DNA of 62,231 nucleotides, filler included, from Sphacelaria rigidula (lineage: Eukaryota), in the NCBI GenBank assembly GCA_964200075.2. It is 7 parts of 7 records of this genome, joined end to end, with 100 filler letters (N's around TTAATTAATTAA, not from the genome) between each part and the next. Parts side by side here need not be neighbours in the genome. Positions count along the whole stretch, not along the records: positions 44,525 to 53,328 come from CAXNAA020010054.1; positions 53,429 to 62,231 come from CAXNAA020010055.1; 5 more parts are not named here. One strand, written 5' to 3'. The translations under genes and the position numbers were made by a program. Every line of letters starts with the position of its first letter. The stretch's first letter is position 1. Under the pieces are notes generated by a model. That model had not been told where the DNA came from, searched no databases, and worked only from the letters and a program-made list of their open reading frames with translations. Shown one piece after another: positions 47,941-61,235 of the stretch.

Positions 47941-50900
47941 CCTGCAGTGGTTTTCAACAAAATTGGCTGCAACACCTCTCGAGTGCAGACCAGGGAACTG
48001 GAATCCTTGGGGGAAATCTAGACACTTGACATTGACCAGATAATGACCAGTTGTGTGTTAATGTGTTTTGAATAATGCTCAAAATTCGTTGACGTCTTGT
48101 TGTCATTAACCCGACCCGGTTGTGTAAGGAGAACGACCGTGTTTAGCTTGTATTCGCTGGTGGTGTTTCAGCAAGGGTGTTTACGCGCTTCAGTCATGGA
48201 GTTCAGCAAGAAAGGTCTCATGTACCCTGCTCTCCAGCTGTCATGTTTTCGGGTGAGTCAAGAACTTCTCTTCCGGGAAATGCAGCTTATTCTTGAAGAG
48301 TTTCACATTCTCAGCACATCTGTACTCCGAAGGTCGTTAGTGTATTTGAACCGGATATACTGTACGTTTCTCTGGGCTATTTCTCTCTCCAGGCAACAAG
48401 GTTGACTGTGACTAGTGTTGCCTATCGCCGTAGTCTACCACCTTTGGACCGACTGTGCTATATTAGTCTGAAGTGGAATGCGTTGTGCTCGCGATCTACT
48501 TCTCCACCCGTCTATTGTACGAAAAATGATACCGTCTGTGTCCTGGGGATCTGTTGAGGTTCAAGAAGCGGAGGGATTGCGAGCGTCGCCATCGGAGTTG
48601 GTTTTGTTCCATGTGCACCTATAATGTACAGCCTTCGCGAAAAAAAAACATTTGGAACATAATTGGAGCTCTTTTCACCGCCTCGCGCACTGCAGCAACG
48701 CTCAACCTCAGATCTATACGCATAGACTTGTTGATTGTGGTCTGCATGAGATGTTGGCAAAGTTTCAGCTCATGGTAGCGACGACAGCGCGCGCACCACT
48801 GTGCCTCCTGCTCTGAACATCTCGGCAGTCGATACCGGAATGGCTTTTCTACATATTGTCATCATCCAGAGGCGGCGCCAGAACTGATCAATGTTTGCGA
48901 GCACTGCAGCCTCCTAGGTGGTCATGATGCGGAAGTGAGTGCGCTACCATGTCCACGTATGCATTCACTCACGATGCACGGAATCTCGGCCGCGATATGG
49001 CCGTTTGAGGGCATACAGACGGTATTGCCCAAAATCAGAATTCGCTTTGATCAATTTGCTCGAAGAAGGAAAGAGGCTGTGTTCTGGTACATACACTGGC
49101 TGTGGTGTGCCCGAGTGGTGCATCAAGTTTCACGTTGGTGCCTGCAGCGGCGGTCGAGACCTTCACAATCGAAAATAAATTGCAAACGTCGAAAATGGCA
49201 CCGGTCAACCGTCGAAAGATGCACTAGCTCCAGTTACGACGCATAATCCTCACACCAAATGATACTGGCGTAACCACTGCGCCCCTGCGGCAGCACAGGA
49301 GAAATGAGGACAAGTGCACAACCGTATTTCCCAGCACTGTGGGTTACGCACCGCCACATCGCCCCGCCAAACGATATGCCTTCAATCATGTCGGCATTAA
49401 CAGGGCATCTAGTGTTGTGTTCCCAGTGCACGCCGTATTGGACTGCAGGCGACAGAATACTGTGCACGATTGCACTGCAGAGCGCGGTAGCTTTTGTATA
49501 GTCACACAAGAGAAAAAGGGGTGTAGCTCATCACACACTTTCATACTGTAATTTATGTGAAGTTTTCAGTTTTGAAGGCGACGCAATTGCACTGCATAGC
49601 ATGGTAGCTTTGTACAGTCACACTTGAGAAAAAAGAGTGCAGCACATCACACACTGTCGTACTATAATTTATGTGAAGTTTTCAGTTTTGAAGGCGGCGC
49701 AATTGGCTGTACAAGGCATGCATGTGCGCATGCATGCATGCACAAAACTGTACCGTGTTACTTGCTCGTTAAAAGTAAATGGGCCAATTATTTTTTACAT
49801 GGACTGAATACATCATGCACTAGTCGGCACGCGTCCTCTTGGCCTGGTGCCCTGAGCATGGTCGCCGTCTATCGGCGTTGCATTGTGCACGGGATGCACC
49901 AATGAAAAGCAACACTATCTAAATCACCCCACTCGGGAAATCATCACCCTTTCAGCCAGAAATCTACACCGACGATCCCGCGTTGAGCAAAGCTTGCCAC
50001 CGGTGCAACGCGCTGGGCCGGTACTCCCTTGTGTCGGGCCCGCCGCTCGTGTGAACCGTGTCTACTTCACTGATTTCAGCCAGATGCTTATCAAGTGGGT
50101 CTTCTATGCGGGTATTCCGGTATTGCATTTTTTTTTTTTGCGCAAGCCTGTGCAATGTTTCTCTATCGCTGTATAAAGCATAGGTAACACAGACCTGACA
50201 GTCCCGTAAGTACGCCATGCTGTAGTGCAGAAGCGGGCAGGGAGTTGCGGTGGTGCAGTACAATCCACTCCACTTCGTGCAGTGTATTCGGAACAGGCAG
50301 CTGGGATAAATACAGTAACAGAGTACTTGTACAAAACGGTCAGTAAATCCTTTTGGCTTGATGGACGTTTTTCAGGACTATTTTACTGCACCGTCCGCGC
50401 GGTGAGACAGAGGATCACCAACCCGTCCCATTACCGCGAGAGTCGGTGTGGGGTTCTCGTGTCGAGAGATGTCGATTCGCTCGCTCCAATGAACCGTCTT
50501 CAGGTATTTTGCAACAAACTATGAGGAAAAAATATACATCTGGGAAAACACGATAAGAGATGTTGATCTTGCTTACTGTTCCAGATATATTTTTGAGGGG
50601 GGTGGGGAGCCAAAAGTACTGCACTCCTCCACATCAATTTTAGTGCAGCCGTTGTATATTTCCGTCTGCAACCTAACACGTGCGCATGTGTACTGCTGCA
50701 TGCGGCAGGCAGAACAGGCAGTATTGTACTGCTTGGTTTTGTCTGTATTGCACGTTGCCCACATCATATTTATTGCAACCGTTGTACTACTGGCAAACTA
50801 ACATTTCCATCCTACTGTAATGTTGAATGTGGTAGTACAAGCCATGTACTGTCTGCACTGCACGTCGTCCAAACAAATAATTTTCGGCAGCCGTTGGGTG

Positions 50901-52809
50901 CAGCATGGCATGTGGATCCCACTGTTCAATGCTCCAGTGCAAACAGTACAGTACTACCTTGTGTTGTCTGTACTGCACGCTGTACGCATCATTTTTACTA
51001 CAGCCGTGCGTACTACTGTTGTGTGCAAACCGACACCTAGAACTCACTGCATGAGACAGCACAGACAGTATCCTGTGATCTTCGAGCTGGGTACTGTCTG
51101 TGCTGCAGGTTTGCGAGCGCACGATCAATGCCATTAGATTATCAACCCCTCACGACATCTCGCGTGCGCCGGGATGGTGAAGCAAAGCTTGGTCTAGTGT
51201 GTAAACGGCGCTGGGGATGTTCGACATCGCTACCAGGAGAGCCCCGCAGATGTCGAAGGGCACAATCATATTCAGGGCTGTCGGGCGTTGCAAGTCTCGC
51301 CGCGCCGCGAATGAAAAAAACGAGAGAAGAATACAAGTCGATCTCTTCTCGTATTAAAAAAAACATACAAGCCAGGAGGGCCCATCTCGTAAAGTTTCCC
51401 TCGTCTTGTGTTTTTTTCGCGAGAATCTTGTGAAAAAACGAACCGTAACAAGTAGCCATTTTGTATTTTTCCCTCGTTATTTGCAAAAAACGAGGGTCAA
51501 AAACTAACCGGAGGAAACGGCCTCAGGTGTCACTTCGTAACGCAAAAAAAAAATCCTTGATGGAATTTTGCGTTTGGGGAACATGAAAAAAAAAGTAATA
51601 CATTCGTGCGTGTATCAATCGGCGCAAAGTTAAACCGAGAACACGAAAGATTGTGGCTAAATCTGTCACAAGACATGAAAGGTAAACGATGCGCTCCCTA
51701 CTTCAATTTTAGCATGTTTAACGACGCTTGTCGCGCTATCTATCCATTCGCCCCGTCAAAAATCACTGCGCGACAAGGTCAGACGAGACAGCTTACCCCC
51801 AACGTTCGCCCTTCCAGACGAGGTCGCCGGTGCCGTACGGGAGCCGTTACCGAAAGTACGGAGTGTAGCAGTGGAACAGCAGGTGGGTTTGAGGGCAAAA
51901 AAAAATGTGAAACACGCATGCGCATTGCGATGACCATTTGAACTCGAAATAGGGGAGGATGGGAGGTGGCGTCTTTTCAGTCAGCGTCTAGTATCAACAT
52001 CGTAAGTAAACGGGTGCAGGTTTACACGGTGCTGATTTACAAATGGCTGTATCAGGCGCCGTAGAAACTGACCATGTGAACGGTTGTCACCCACGAAGGC
52101 GTCTTATACCCTCCCGGCACACTCTCGAGAAACGACCTTAATTGGCTGGTGAGAGTGGAGAAGGATTACCGTTGCTCTTTCTCTTCCCGAGTATCGTAAA
52201 GCACTGAATTTACAGTGCATCTTCGCTCCACTATGTCAACATGCTTGGGCACATCGGTACGTGAGCGGTCACTGTTGGGGTGGTCAGTCACACATGCCGC
52301 CTACTCTCGGTCATACTGTGGGCGCTCGTTAACAGCTGGAAACGTCAGGGATGGCGGCAAGATGACGCCATCGACGGCTAGAACTGTAAGCAAGCGAACT
52401 GAAAGTCAATACCCCCTGACCCGGTTGCTCCATTTGCCCTCATCAACGGTTCACACGCCGTAGCCAGCGCCGCATATCGTGGTAAGTCTTTGTGTCCTTT
52501 TGTGGTTCTGTTCTCCCCGGAGTATCGAGGTCCACGTACTTATTTTCCACAAAGCCTTTTTGCGCACTTTCTAGTGGCAATACGCCAGCTCTCCGTCAAC
52601 CACATCAACATGCTCCTGGGTAGCGCATGTTTTCTCTTCTGTCGTAAGCATGATGATTGCGAAACGAACACACCCAGACTGTGTCGACGAAGGACGTCCA
52701 TCCATCCAACCTGGTAACGCGTGCCATGGCTCTCCTTGTCGGTAGCTAACCCACTTTGTCGCTTTCTGAAAACACTCGCCGCTCACTCACGTCACCCACC
52801 CGGGAGAAG

Positions 52810-52944
52810 GCCCTTCAGGAAAACCAGAGACTCATCGAGGAGAGCGAACGGGAACGACAAGCTATGCTAGCAGTCATGGCGAAGGAGGAAGAGTTTGCCA
52901 AGAACGAAAAGGCCCGAGAAAGGAACGAGAACGAGATGAAGAAG
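52810..52944 (+). CDS. Coiled-coil exon of an unidentified protein (possible first exon MTPSTART at 52362-52385)
   Basis: ALQENQRLIEESERERQAMLAVMAKEEEFAKNEKARERNENEMKK|gtgtcg, with coding-like composition. The acceptor could be at 52809 or 52818. Confidence 0.65.
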
Positions 52945-53328
52945 GTGTCGCGTACCGTATCGTTTTTTGTTGTAGGTACAATCTTGACCAAAGCATAGTG
53001 TCGAATACCAGCGTCTCATGGGCAAATTTCTGGACGTGCTGCTACTTGCTACGTACGGTAAGTTCATGTGGCTGTCGGTCGCTGAAAGTGTTTCAGGATG
53101 GCTCTGTTTGCGCACTTCCCGCAAACGCCGCCACTCTCGCCCCCCCCCAATTGAGCCTGGCCCGGCGAAAACCCGGCATGCTCCGTCCCGGCTTTGTAGG
53201 GGCGGACCCCCGATGGGGTTGGCGTCGGTTGGTGATGACGCTATAAAACACGCCAATCGCTACAGAAGCTAGGCGACCAGGTTACTTGTTTTGCGCGCTT
53301 GCGTTTTTTTGACGGTAACCATGATGGT

Positions 53329-53428
53329 NNNNNNNNNNNNNNNNNNNNNNNNNNNNNNNNNNNNNNNNNNNNTTAATTAATTAANNNNNNNNNNNNNNNN
53401 NNNNNNNNNNNNNNNNNNNNNNNNNNNN
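53329..53428. other. Artificial contig linker
   Basis: N44-TTAATTAATTAA-N44. Confidence 0.99.
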
Positions 53429-53484
53429 GTTCTCATCCTCAATCAAAAGCACCATCCTCAACATAGATGATCGGCTGTTTGTAA

Positions 53485-54016
53485 GTTGATATCGCTAGAA
53501 GGACACTACCATAACCACCTTGCCGGCTGTCAGACTGTCACAGACTGTCAGGACGTAGGATCCGCTAGCATTGCTACTATCTGTACGGGGGTGTTGCCCC
53601 TTTGTCGGGTACGTTTTGGAGCATGGTACTCGATGTATATCATCCTTGTACATGGGCACCAAACGCTGGGGGTTCTTACTGAAGATTTCGATTTGGAGGA
53701 TGATACTAGGTGGGTAGCAGCAACTAACTGCTGTTTGTCCAGGTCCCACTTGGAGCAGGATGCGTTTGGTGTCCGTATGACGAAGTTATCCCCAGAAAAA
53801 CGAAATCGACAGGGGCTTTGGAGTGGAAAAATCTATCGAAAAAACTATCCCAAGAATCCGATCGCAAGACTCCTGACGCAAAAAAACTATCGCAGGAATC
53901 CGATCGCAAGAATCAGGTCGCAAGAATCCTGACGCAAAAACGGAATCGCAAAAAAACAGTTGGTCGAATTTTTACCCGCAGCTGGAACCAACTTCACATC
54001 GTGAACGTGAAAATGA
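53485..54016 (-). mobile_element. Dispersed repeat family X, copy 3, with internal CGCAAGAATCC tandem subrepeats
   Basis: Reverse complement of 16318-16689; subrepeats at ~53835-53955. Confidence 0.8.
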
Positions 54017-54654
54017 AACCACGAGCTATCACATCGTTTGCTCGACCCCTGTATTTCTTTGAAAGCTACCACGTCGTTCGCTCGACTCCTGAATCTCTTT
54101 GAAATCGAAACCACGAGCTACCACGTCGTTTGCTCGAGTCATCTATTTCTTCATCACGAGCAATGACTCGCTTGCTTGCGTCTTTTCTGGGCAACCCGAG
54201 GATCGATCATCAATAACTGAAGTGATTGACGAATGAGGCGCGAGACCTGGTGGAAGCCTGGTGAAACAGCGGTAGAATATGGTACAGTAGTAAGCGTCAG
54301 AAGTATGGAGGATTCGTAATGTTTTAGTCTCTCAAAGATTTCCGATATGTGTTTTGCTTGCTACCGCTCATCACAGTGACTGTTGGATGCCAAAGAACGA
54401 GCATCTGAAGGTATTCTAATCCTCTTGACAAAAATTGAAAGAAAAAAATCTGCGATCAATACTGGGTGACTTACGGGCTTGACCAATCTTCGGGGGTTCT
54501 GCGGAAGTGCAACCCCACGTTCTAGCTTTTCGGTACTTTCGATGGACCGACTCGATCCCGATCATATAAGTGAAGACTCAAAAATGATCACTTTTTCAAA
54601 ATTCCACCTATTCACTGCGCTCAAGCCGGAAAACCATGTTTCTTGAACCATTTA

Positions 54655-55105
54655 CGGTCAATAACACCCTCCTGATAAATGGGTTCTTTACTCTGTATCG
54701 CTCCCACAACACCAACTTGGGCATTGTGATATGAGCATGTTCTGCTTACTTTGCCAAAACTATCGACGCTAGCACTTTCGAGTGCTCATGGAAAATGTTA
54801 TGCGAAAAGAAAAACGAAAGGAGGCCATCCGCAGAAAATGCTAGACTGAGAACTATGCAGTAAAGGAGGGAAACATGATCTCGATCGCTATTGTGAAAAA
54901 TTGTATATGTATTCATGTATCTGAATATTTACCGTTTCGTTGCGGAAAAGCCAGAAAACTGCTCTATTTGGACCAAAAACGGCCAACAACACCCTCCTGA
55001 TAAACGGGGTATCTAGTTCGTATCGTCCCAAAAACACCAACTTGGGCACTGCAGTTTGAGCGCGGCCTACCCTTTCCCCCTAAATCTACCGGCTCAAGCA
55101 CTTTC
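54655..55105 (+). repeat. Direct repeat pair of ~120 bp
   Basis: CAA.AACACCCTCCTGATAAA.GGG...CACCAACTTGGGCA.TG at ~54659 and ~54984. Confidence 0.75.
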
Positions 55106-57029
55106 AAGTAGGAATGAAGAATAGTACTCGAGAAAAAGTAAAAAACCACGGCAACCACGGATTCCGAAAACTTCTTATGCTGACTACTAAAGTACTGTGA
55201 CCATTACAATCTCACTAACCCTTTGGGACCGGACTGCTCACAATAGTATGTTTGTGGCACCTTTCCCCATCATCGTGCGTTGCTGTTTCGCCAGCATCTT
55301 TACTCGTAGAAGGGCGGTTGCTCATCGGTCGGCACCAAACGGCACTGCTGCTGTCAAATTTGAATGTAAATGCACTACTCGAGAGATACTCTACGCCGCT
55401 TTTCTAGTAGTGCTCTGATCTCTGTGTGTGTGAGGGGGGGGCGGGCTAGGAAAATATATGAAAACGAGCTTTGGAGCTTGACGCTTGTACATGTCATGTG
55501 CAGATGTGCATACGAAGTGGGCCAGCTGACAGTGATTTGCGAATGTTGTATCCGGCCCGGGTGGTGGGTAATCCGAAGCGTCGGGCGCTGAAATTTGACA
55601 CAGCATTTTTATCGTCACTACGCACAACTTTCCCGAGGATGCTAAGGAAGAAAAAAAAACAGAAAGTTAAAGCGATTTGATGTGTCTGCAAAAACAAAAA
55701 AAAATGCTTTATTGTACTTGTACACAAAAAGCTGGCGACGGCAAGGCCGTTGGGACTTACAACCTAACAACCTGTTGTGCTGTGTGAAATAAGTGTTATT
55801 ATTGAAGCTCGGCCTCACCGGGGACTCTGAGATACTCGAGTGCTTCCACAACACCGTGCTCACGGAGACGAGAAATGGAAATATGCTTTCGTCAGGGTGC
55901 CGTTCCAAGAAAAATCACCCTCTCCAATGTGTCAACTACTACTGCTGCATCTCGTCAGGGTCCCGCATAGATGAGCAAAGTGGTTCTCAACCGTTTCCGT
56001 TTTGTTTCTATCCCAGGTTCGTTCATCGTGTGACAACATCTGGATCCCTGGAGGAGCAGCCAAGGTGCGACAATCAATCAGTCGATCGGTCAAGAAAAAG
56101 TTGAGACTCGCCTCGGCGAATGCCGCGAGTGGAATGGCTGCGAACAGCACAGGCTGTCGGCATGCCGCCCCCGCCCCTGTTGCCGGCGACAAGGGGCTAT
56201 TCTAGGGGCTATCGCGATGGAAATCAGTTGCGACCACGACGACGGGTGATGGTCACCCACGAAGGCTGCTGGGCTGCTGCAGACCTCGTCCCGTACATCG
56301 CTAGCTGTACCTGCTTGCTGTGGAGTTTTTGGCTTGCTGACATCCGTGCAGTGCCAGCAATCTTCGATGGCGTGTTGGACGGGGAATGTTCGGAAACACT
56401 GACGTTTTTGCTTGGAAATTTTTCGTTCATCTGTCTGCGCTGCTTTGGGAGAGGTAAAGAGATCCACAGCTGTAGCTGTAGTACATGGGTTCAGAGACAT
56501 ACCACACCTGCGTATCATCTTTCATTACGATTTTGTTCTTGCCCCCTTCTTCGACTCCGTGCCGTCTTTCGAGAGATAATGAAGAACGTGACACGAAATT
56601 GGGCGTAACACTGGGAACAACAGAATTATATTATGCGTGTTCGATCCAACGGTGTTGGAGAAGTACAGGTTGGGTTATCCGTATCGCCACCAACTTCCCA
56701 CCGCGCAAACCCAGACAGAAGCGACAGCACCGCCAAACTATACTCGTGTCGGATGAAATTACAACGGGATTTTACAAATAGATTGCTCTGCTTCGCATCG
56801 CACTTCCAATTTTCCTATATCCTTTCTTGCATTGGAATGGAATGGAAAAGGGGCAGAAGAGACAGACGCCCCCAATGAAGAAAAACAAGAATGGTATACA
56901 AGCAGAAGAAGGGACGGAAAGAAAGTAAGGGCCATAGATTGACGATGACAATTCTTTCGCGCATCGCACCATGCAAATTCCGGACACGGTCGTTCTAGTC
57001 CCAGTGACGTCCTTCCACGTGCGCAAGGG

Positions 57030-58066
57030 CGCGACAGTGAAGACGCTATACTACTACTGTACTGTATTGGCAAAGCACAGCTACCTATACTACTGTGCTC
57101 GCGAGTACAGCCCGCCGTGCTTGTACCCTACATGTAAAAGACAAAATAACGATCCACCTTCACCTTTTGTCATGACCGGTCCCGCGTCATATTTTTTAAT
57201 TCGAGAGCTCACGTTTTAAAATCTGCGGCACGTTACGGATGTTCGCAAACAAAGTGAAGCCTTCACGTAGTCAGTAGTGATACCCTCTGCATCTGCACCC
57301 ACCACTGCCATGTACGTGCATCTGCATGTGGCCTCGAACCCTACAGTAAAGACGGTGTAGCACTGTACTGTAATGGCAAAACACAGCGACCTACTGTGCT
57401 CGCGAGTACAGCCCATGGTTGTAACCTGGCGCTGCTGTATTGTTTCTTCTTCCGGAGTACAGCCCGTGCTTGTAATAATGTGGCACTACTGTATTGTCTG
57501 CGCTTGCTTTCATCCGAAAACCAACTCGAAAACTGCCTGTGAGCACGCCACGATTGGCAAAAAAAACGCGGTGGAAGGGATAAGTGTGTACAAACAGAAT
57601 CGGTTAGCACATCTTCCACGTTCTTACCGTTTCCCGTGAACAGTGCAGATATACTGCACCGCCAGGGTACTGCTTGCACCCGTCAGCATGACGGCTGCTG
57701 CCGTTGGCATCGGCGCAAGCGCTCGCGGCCACGGCGAGATTAATTTTGCAACAAGAGAAGCTGATGCATACTCGTACTAGTGTTGTATACAGTCCGTCTT
57801 CAGGTTTTAAAACTAGAAAACACTGCAGAACTGCCGTGTTGTCTGGTATTCAGTGTAGTAGTCTGCACTTCATATACCACTGCAGAGTTGTCTTGTGCTG
57901 AGTGTACCACACTATACTCCAGTTAATCGGGTTATGTTTTGAGCGGTTCTTGAAAAGTTCTGTTGGTTTTTTGAAAAGTTCTCGCAAAGGTCTGCTCGTT
58001 TTTCTGTCACAGAAATCCAATACCGGATCTGGAATAGCCTGAGACAACAACCAATTTGAAAATTGA
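57030..58066 (-). mobile_element. Family Y element, second copy
   Basis: TTTTCTGTCACAGAAATCCAAT.CCG.ATCTGGAATAGC.TGAGACAACAACCA is shared with 38365-38420; internal repeat TACTGTGCTCGCGAGTACAGCCC occurs twice. Left boundary uncertain. Confidence 0.6.
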
Positions 58067-58463
58067 ATTTGGGGATTGCTTTTTTATTGAGGATGAGAAC
58101 CCGGAGAATTAAAATCTTCGTACCCACACCGAATCTTCGAAATATAGTTCCCCTCCTTCACCTACTGGTAGCTATTGACAACTACTACACGTCATACAAT
58201 TTTTCATCCTGATAACCGACATGTTGGGGTCTTCGGTGAAGAAATATTTGGGGGAATGTGGATGACCCGATCAGATCGCCCAAATTCCCCATAGGACTCC
58301 AACATTTCGGTTATTGAAGTTCAAATTTCTAAGGCGTGTAGTTGTTGTCAATAGCTCCCAGCAAGTGAAGAAATGGTACCACATTTCAAGATTTGGTGTG
58401 GATACGAAGATATTAATTATCTGGGTTTCTCATCCTCAATAAAAAACCCATTCTCCCCAATTT
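58066..58463. repeat. ~400-bp imperfect palindrome (fold-back MITE)
   Basis: TTTTTTATTGAGGATGAGAA/TTCTCATCCTCAATAAAAAA, AGCTATTGACAAC.ACTACACG/CGTGTAGTTGTTGTCAATAGCT and ATAACCGA.ATGTTGG/CCAACATTTCGGTTAT. An end of the same family is at 53429-53465. Confidence 0.88.
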
Positions 58464-58654
58464 GTAAAATCCCGTGCTGGCTTCGTCTCTCTAAATCAAA
58501 ACATGCATCATGCATCCTCCGACGAACCCAACAAGAGTATCCCGCAAAAGTCGTAGTCCTAGCCACAGTTGTTAGCCCTGGTAGTGGCAGCTTGTTCGTG
58601 GACGAAACCTAAACCTATACGATACCTACATAGTTTATCCCATGACTATCATCG

Positions 58655-59155
58655 ATGCTCTTGTGGCTTGTGACGATTTATAGGCAACCGATTAGACTAC
58701 CGTACAGTCTGCGCTGACAGTACGGTAGTCTAATCGGTTGCCTATAAATCGTCACTAAAGTTAGCCGCTGGTTCGATTCCCGTCGGACGCACTTTCGTTG
58801 AAGAAAAAGAGGAAACCCTACCTCCGGTAAAAAAAAAGGGTGATGGGAGAGGGTTTAATCCCCGAGTTGACTGCTAGGGTCCCCAGTGCACACACTCTGA
58901 AAATGAGTGGGGGAGACAAGTAACTCCGAATGGATACGCATGGCAACATTAGACCGATACCCTGAGCGCGAACAGTTGAACAGCGCTAGCAAGGGGAGTC
59001 ACCCTCCTCGGAGTGAAAGTGAAGGGGATCAAACCCGCACGACTAACTTTTGTGACGATTTATCGGCAACCGATTAGACTACCGTACAGTCAGCGCTGAC
59101 TGTACAGTAGTCTAATCGGTTACCTATAAATCGTCACAGGCTTTACAAGTTATTA
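58655..59155. mobile_element. Element with long inverted ends, each made of an 86-bp palindrome plus an inward-facing tRNA-like A/B box
   Basis: Palindromes at 58670-58755 and 59052-59137. TAGTCTAATCGG (58726) and GGTTCGATTCCC (58770), mirrored on the minus strand at the right end. Confidence 0.8.
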
Positions 59156-59698
59156 TCGCAGGAGCAACGGCAAATGACAGAACGACAGCTGACGCCACCA
59201 ACAATGAGTGAATATAAACACAAGAGGGGAGGCAAGAGGGAAGAATAAAAACGCTTGCACGCATGCTGTTTCTCCCCCCCTTTTTGTTATGCGATTCTAT
59301 TCAAGAGGGGGGGATAGCAGATGCGTGTTCGTGTTCGTGTGTGTGTTGCACGAACACTGACGGTATAGAAAGCCTGTCAAGACCGAGTGAACGTGTTCTT
59401 ATTAAAAACATACAACTCATCAACTCCTTGAACACAACCAATACCGTCCGTTCTTCTTTAACGTGGACTCCACTCCCGTTAGCCTCACCCGCGTACCCAT
59501 CAACTGCCGAAAACAAACGACTTATCCACAGAAACACCGAATACCCGCAATCGACGCTTCAACTAGATCATATATTTGATAGAACTACGAAAACAAAATG
59601 TTTGTGATCGTGATACACACACAAAAAAACATATCACAACATCGATGATAACTACTAACAAACACACGTTTTTTGTTGCCAGAGAAAACAGGAATGAT

Positions 59699-60091
59699 CG
59701 GAGCTCGGAAATGGTACCGATATAACTGGCCACTATCATTATAATGGTAATAATGGTAATGGTTATATGAAAAAATTGGATAATGGTTTGAAACCAATAT
59801 TCACCGTTACCAGCTAAATAAGTCGTTACCGGCTACGTATGCTTCATGCAGCCCCTGAAAATTATTGGCCCAAACATGACGTACTTTTTGGCTCTAATGA
59901 AGCCAAATCGTGTAACGACGTGCTCGCGGCACGGCGCCTCAAGCGGGGCCCCCTCTTCCGGGGGGTACTTTTTGGCTCGCGGCTGCGTCGCTCGATAACC
60001 AAACCATTATGTACCATTTGATTGGTCAATGGTTGCACTACGCGTAACCATTCAACTGGTTCATGGTTACACAAACCATTCCCGAGCTTAA
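59699..60091. mobile_element. hAT-like MITE with 8-bp TSD GGAATGAT
   Basis: AGCTCGGAAATGGT...ACCATTCCCGAGCT, many subterminal AATGGT/ACCATT motifs, and GGAATGAT on both flanks. Confidence 0.8.
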
Positions 60092-61176
60092 GGAATGATG
60101 ACGAGTTTTTCACTGTTTTTTTATAATCAAACTTATTGAGAGAAGAAGAAAAAAAACGATGAACAAAACAAAATGCACACTGTACACTGGGCTGGAACAC
60201 GACAGATCATTACTATTCGACCCTAGCAAAAGCAAGAAAAAAAAAACGCGAACTTCAATATTCTACTTGTCATTGTGTTTCTTTTTCTACAAATGCCTTC
60301 ACGATCAAGGTACCGGGATATACGTAGCCGTCTCATCTCCTATCCCATAACTTCTCGTCTCTCCCTGACACAAATACACACAGCACGAGGCAACACACCA
60401 CAACGTCCCCCCCTATCATACACAAAACGCTTGCTTGCTTCTTTTTCTTTTCTCCCCTTGCTGCATCGTTGCGCAAAATAGTTTTTTAAACGACCAAGGA
60501 CGGGAAGGCCGAACCGAACACACAAAGCCACTCTCAACAGCCGAGCTTTTTCGCTGTCGCAGAGAGACGAACTCGTAAACAAAGCAAGGCAAAGCCGTGA
60601 CAGGAGCGTAAAATCGAGCGAGGGTTGGTTACAAGAGCGACACGGACACAAGGCTAGGTCGACCTCACGCGAGTACGAACACCCCGCATATCATCCGGTT
60701 CCTAACAGTCTCACCGATAATATTGGGGCAAGATGCGCCCTTTACCCAGGTGGGGTCTTTGGCAACGGTACTCGAAGGGGAAGATGGACATTTTTCTTTT
60801 TCATAATCAGGCTGCTTCCCGTTCCACGTATTATTCGTCATGGTAATAATAACGATATACTTAGAGAAATAACCAAGCTCATCTCAATCATGTTTTCCCT
60901 ACTTCCTCTCGTCTGATCGATTATGGTTGATTTCTGCTTCATTGCATGCATTCCTTCCTCCCATTTCCTTCTCCGTCATCTTTCCATTTCTCCCTCGCCT
61001 GTTATTATTATTTTCCCACTTTCGTCTATATATATTCTTCTTTTCTCTTGAAAAGAAGAAGGACAAGCAAAAAGTTATGGAAGCCCCTTTTTTTTTCTAG
61101 GGGGGGTGGGATGTTTCGCGAAAAAATGACGAGCAAGAGTCCGCACAATCCACAAAACGGCGACGGCGACGGCGAC

Positions 61177-61235
61177 GGGGGGGGTACTCATGATCTTGCA
61201 GATCATGCCGTAGTGATAAGACCGTTGACCTCCGT
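61177..61235 (-). mobile_element. C-tailed repeat subfamily B 3' end
   Basis: GGGGGGGTACTCATGATCTTGCAGATCATGCCGTAGTGATAAGACCGTTGACCTC. Confidence 0.8.

Noticed and set aside
56090-56608. Overlapping 142-162 aa ORFs as a gene
   Set aside because: No recognisable domain and no convincing splice-site pair.
58719-58791. tRNA-Asp(GTC) gene
   Set aside because: Acceptor and anticodon stems do not pair; treated as a tRNA-derived promoter.
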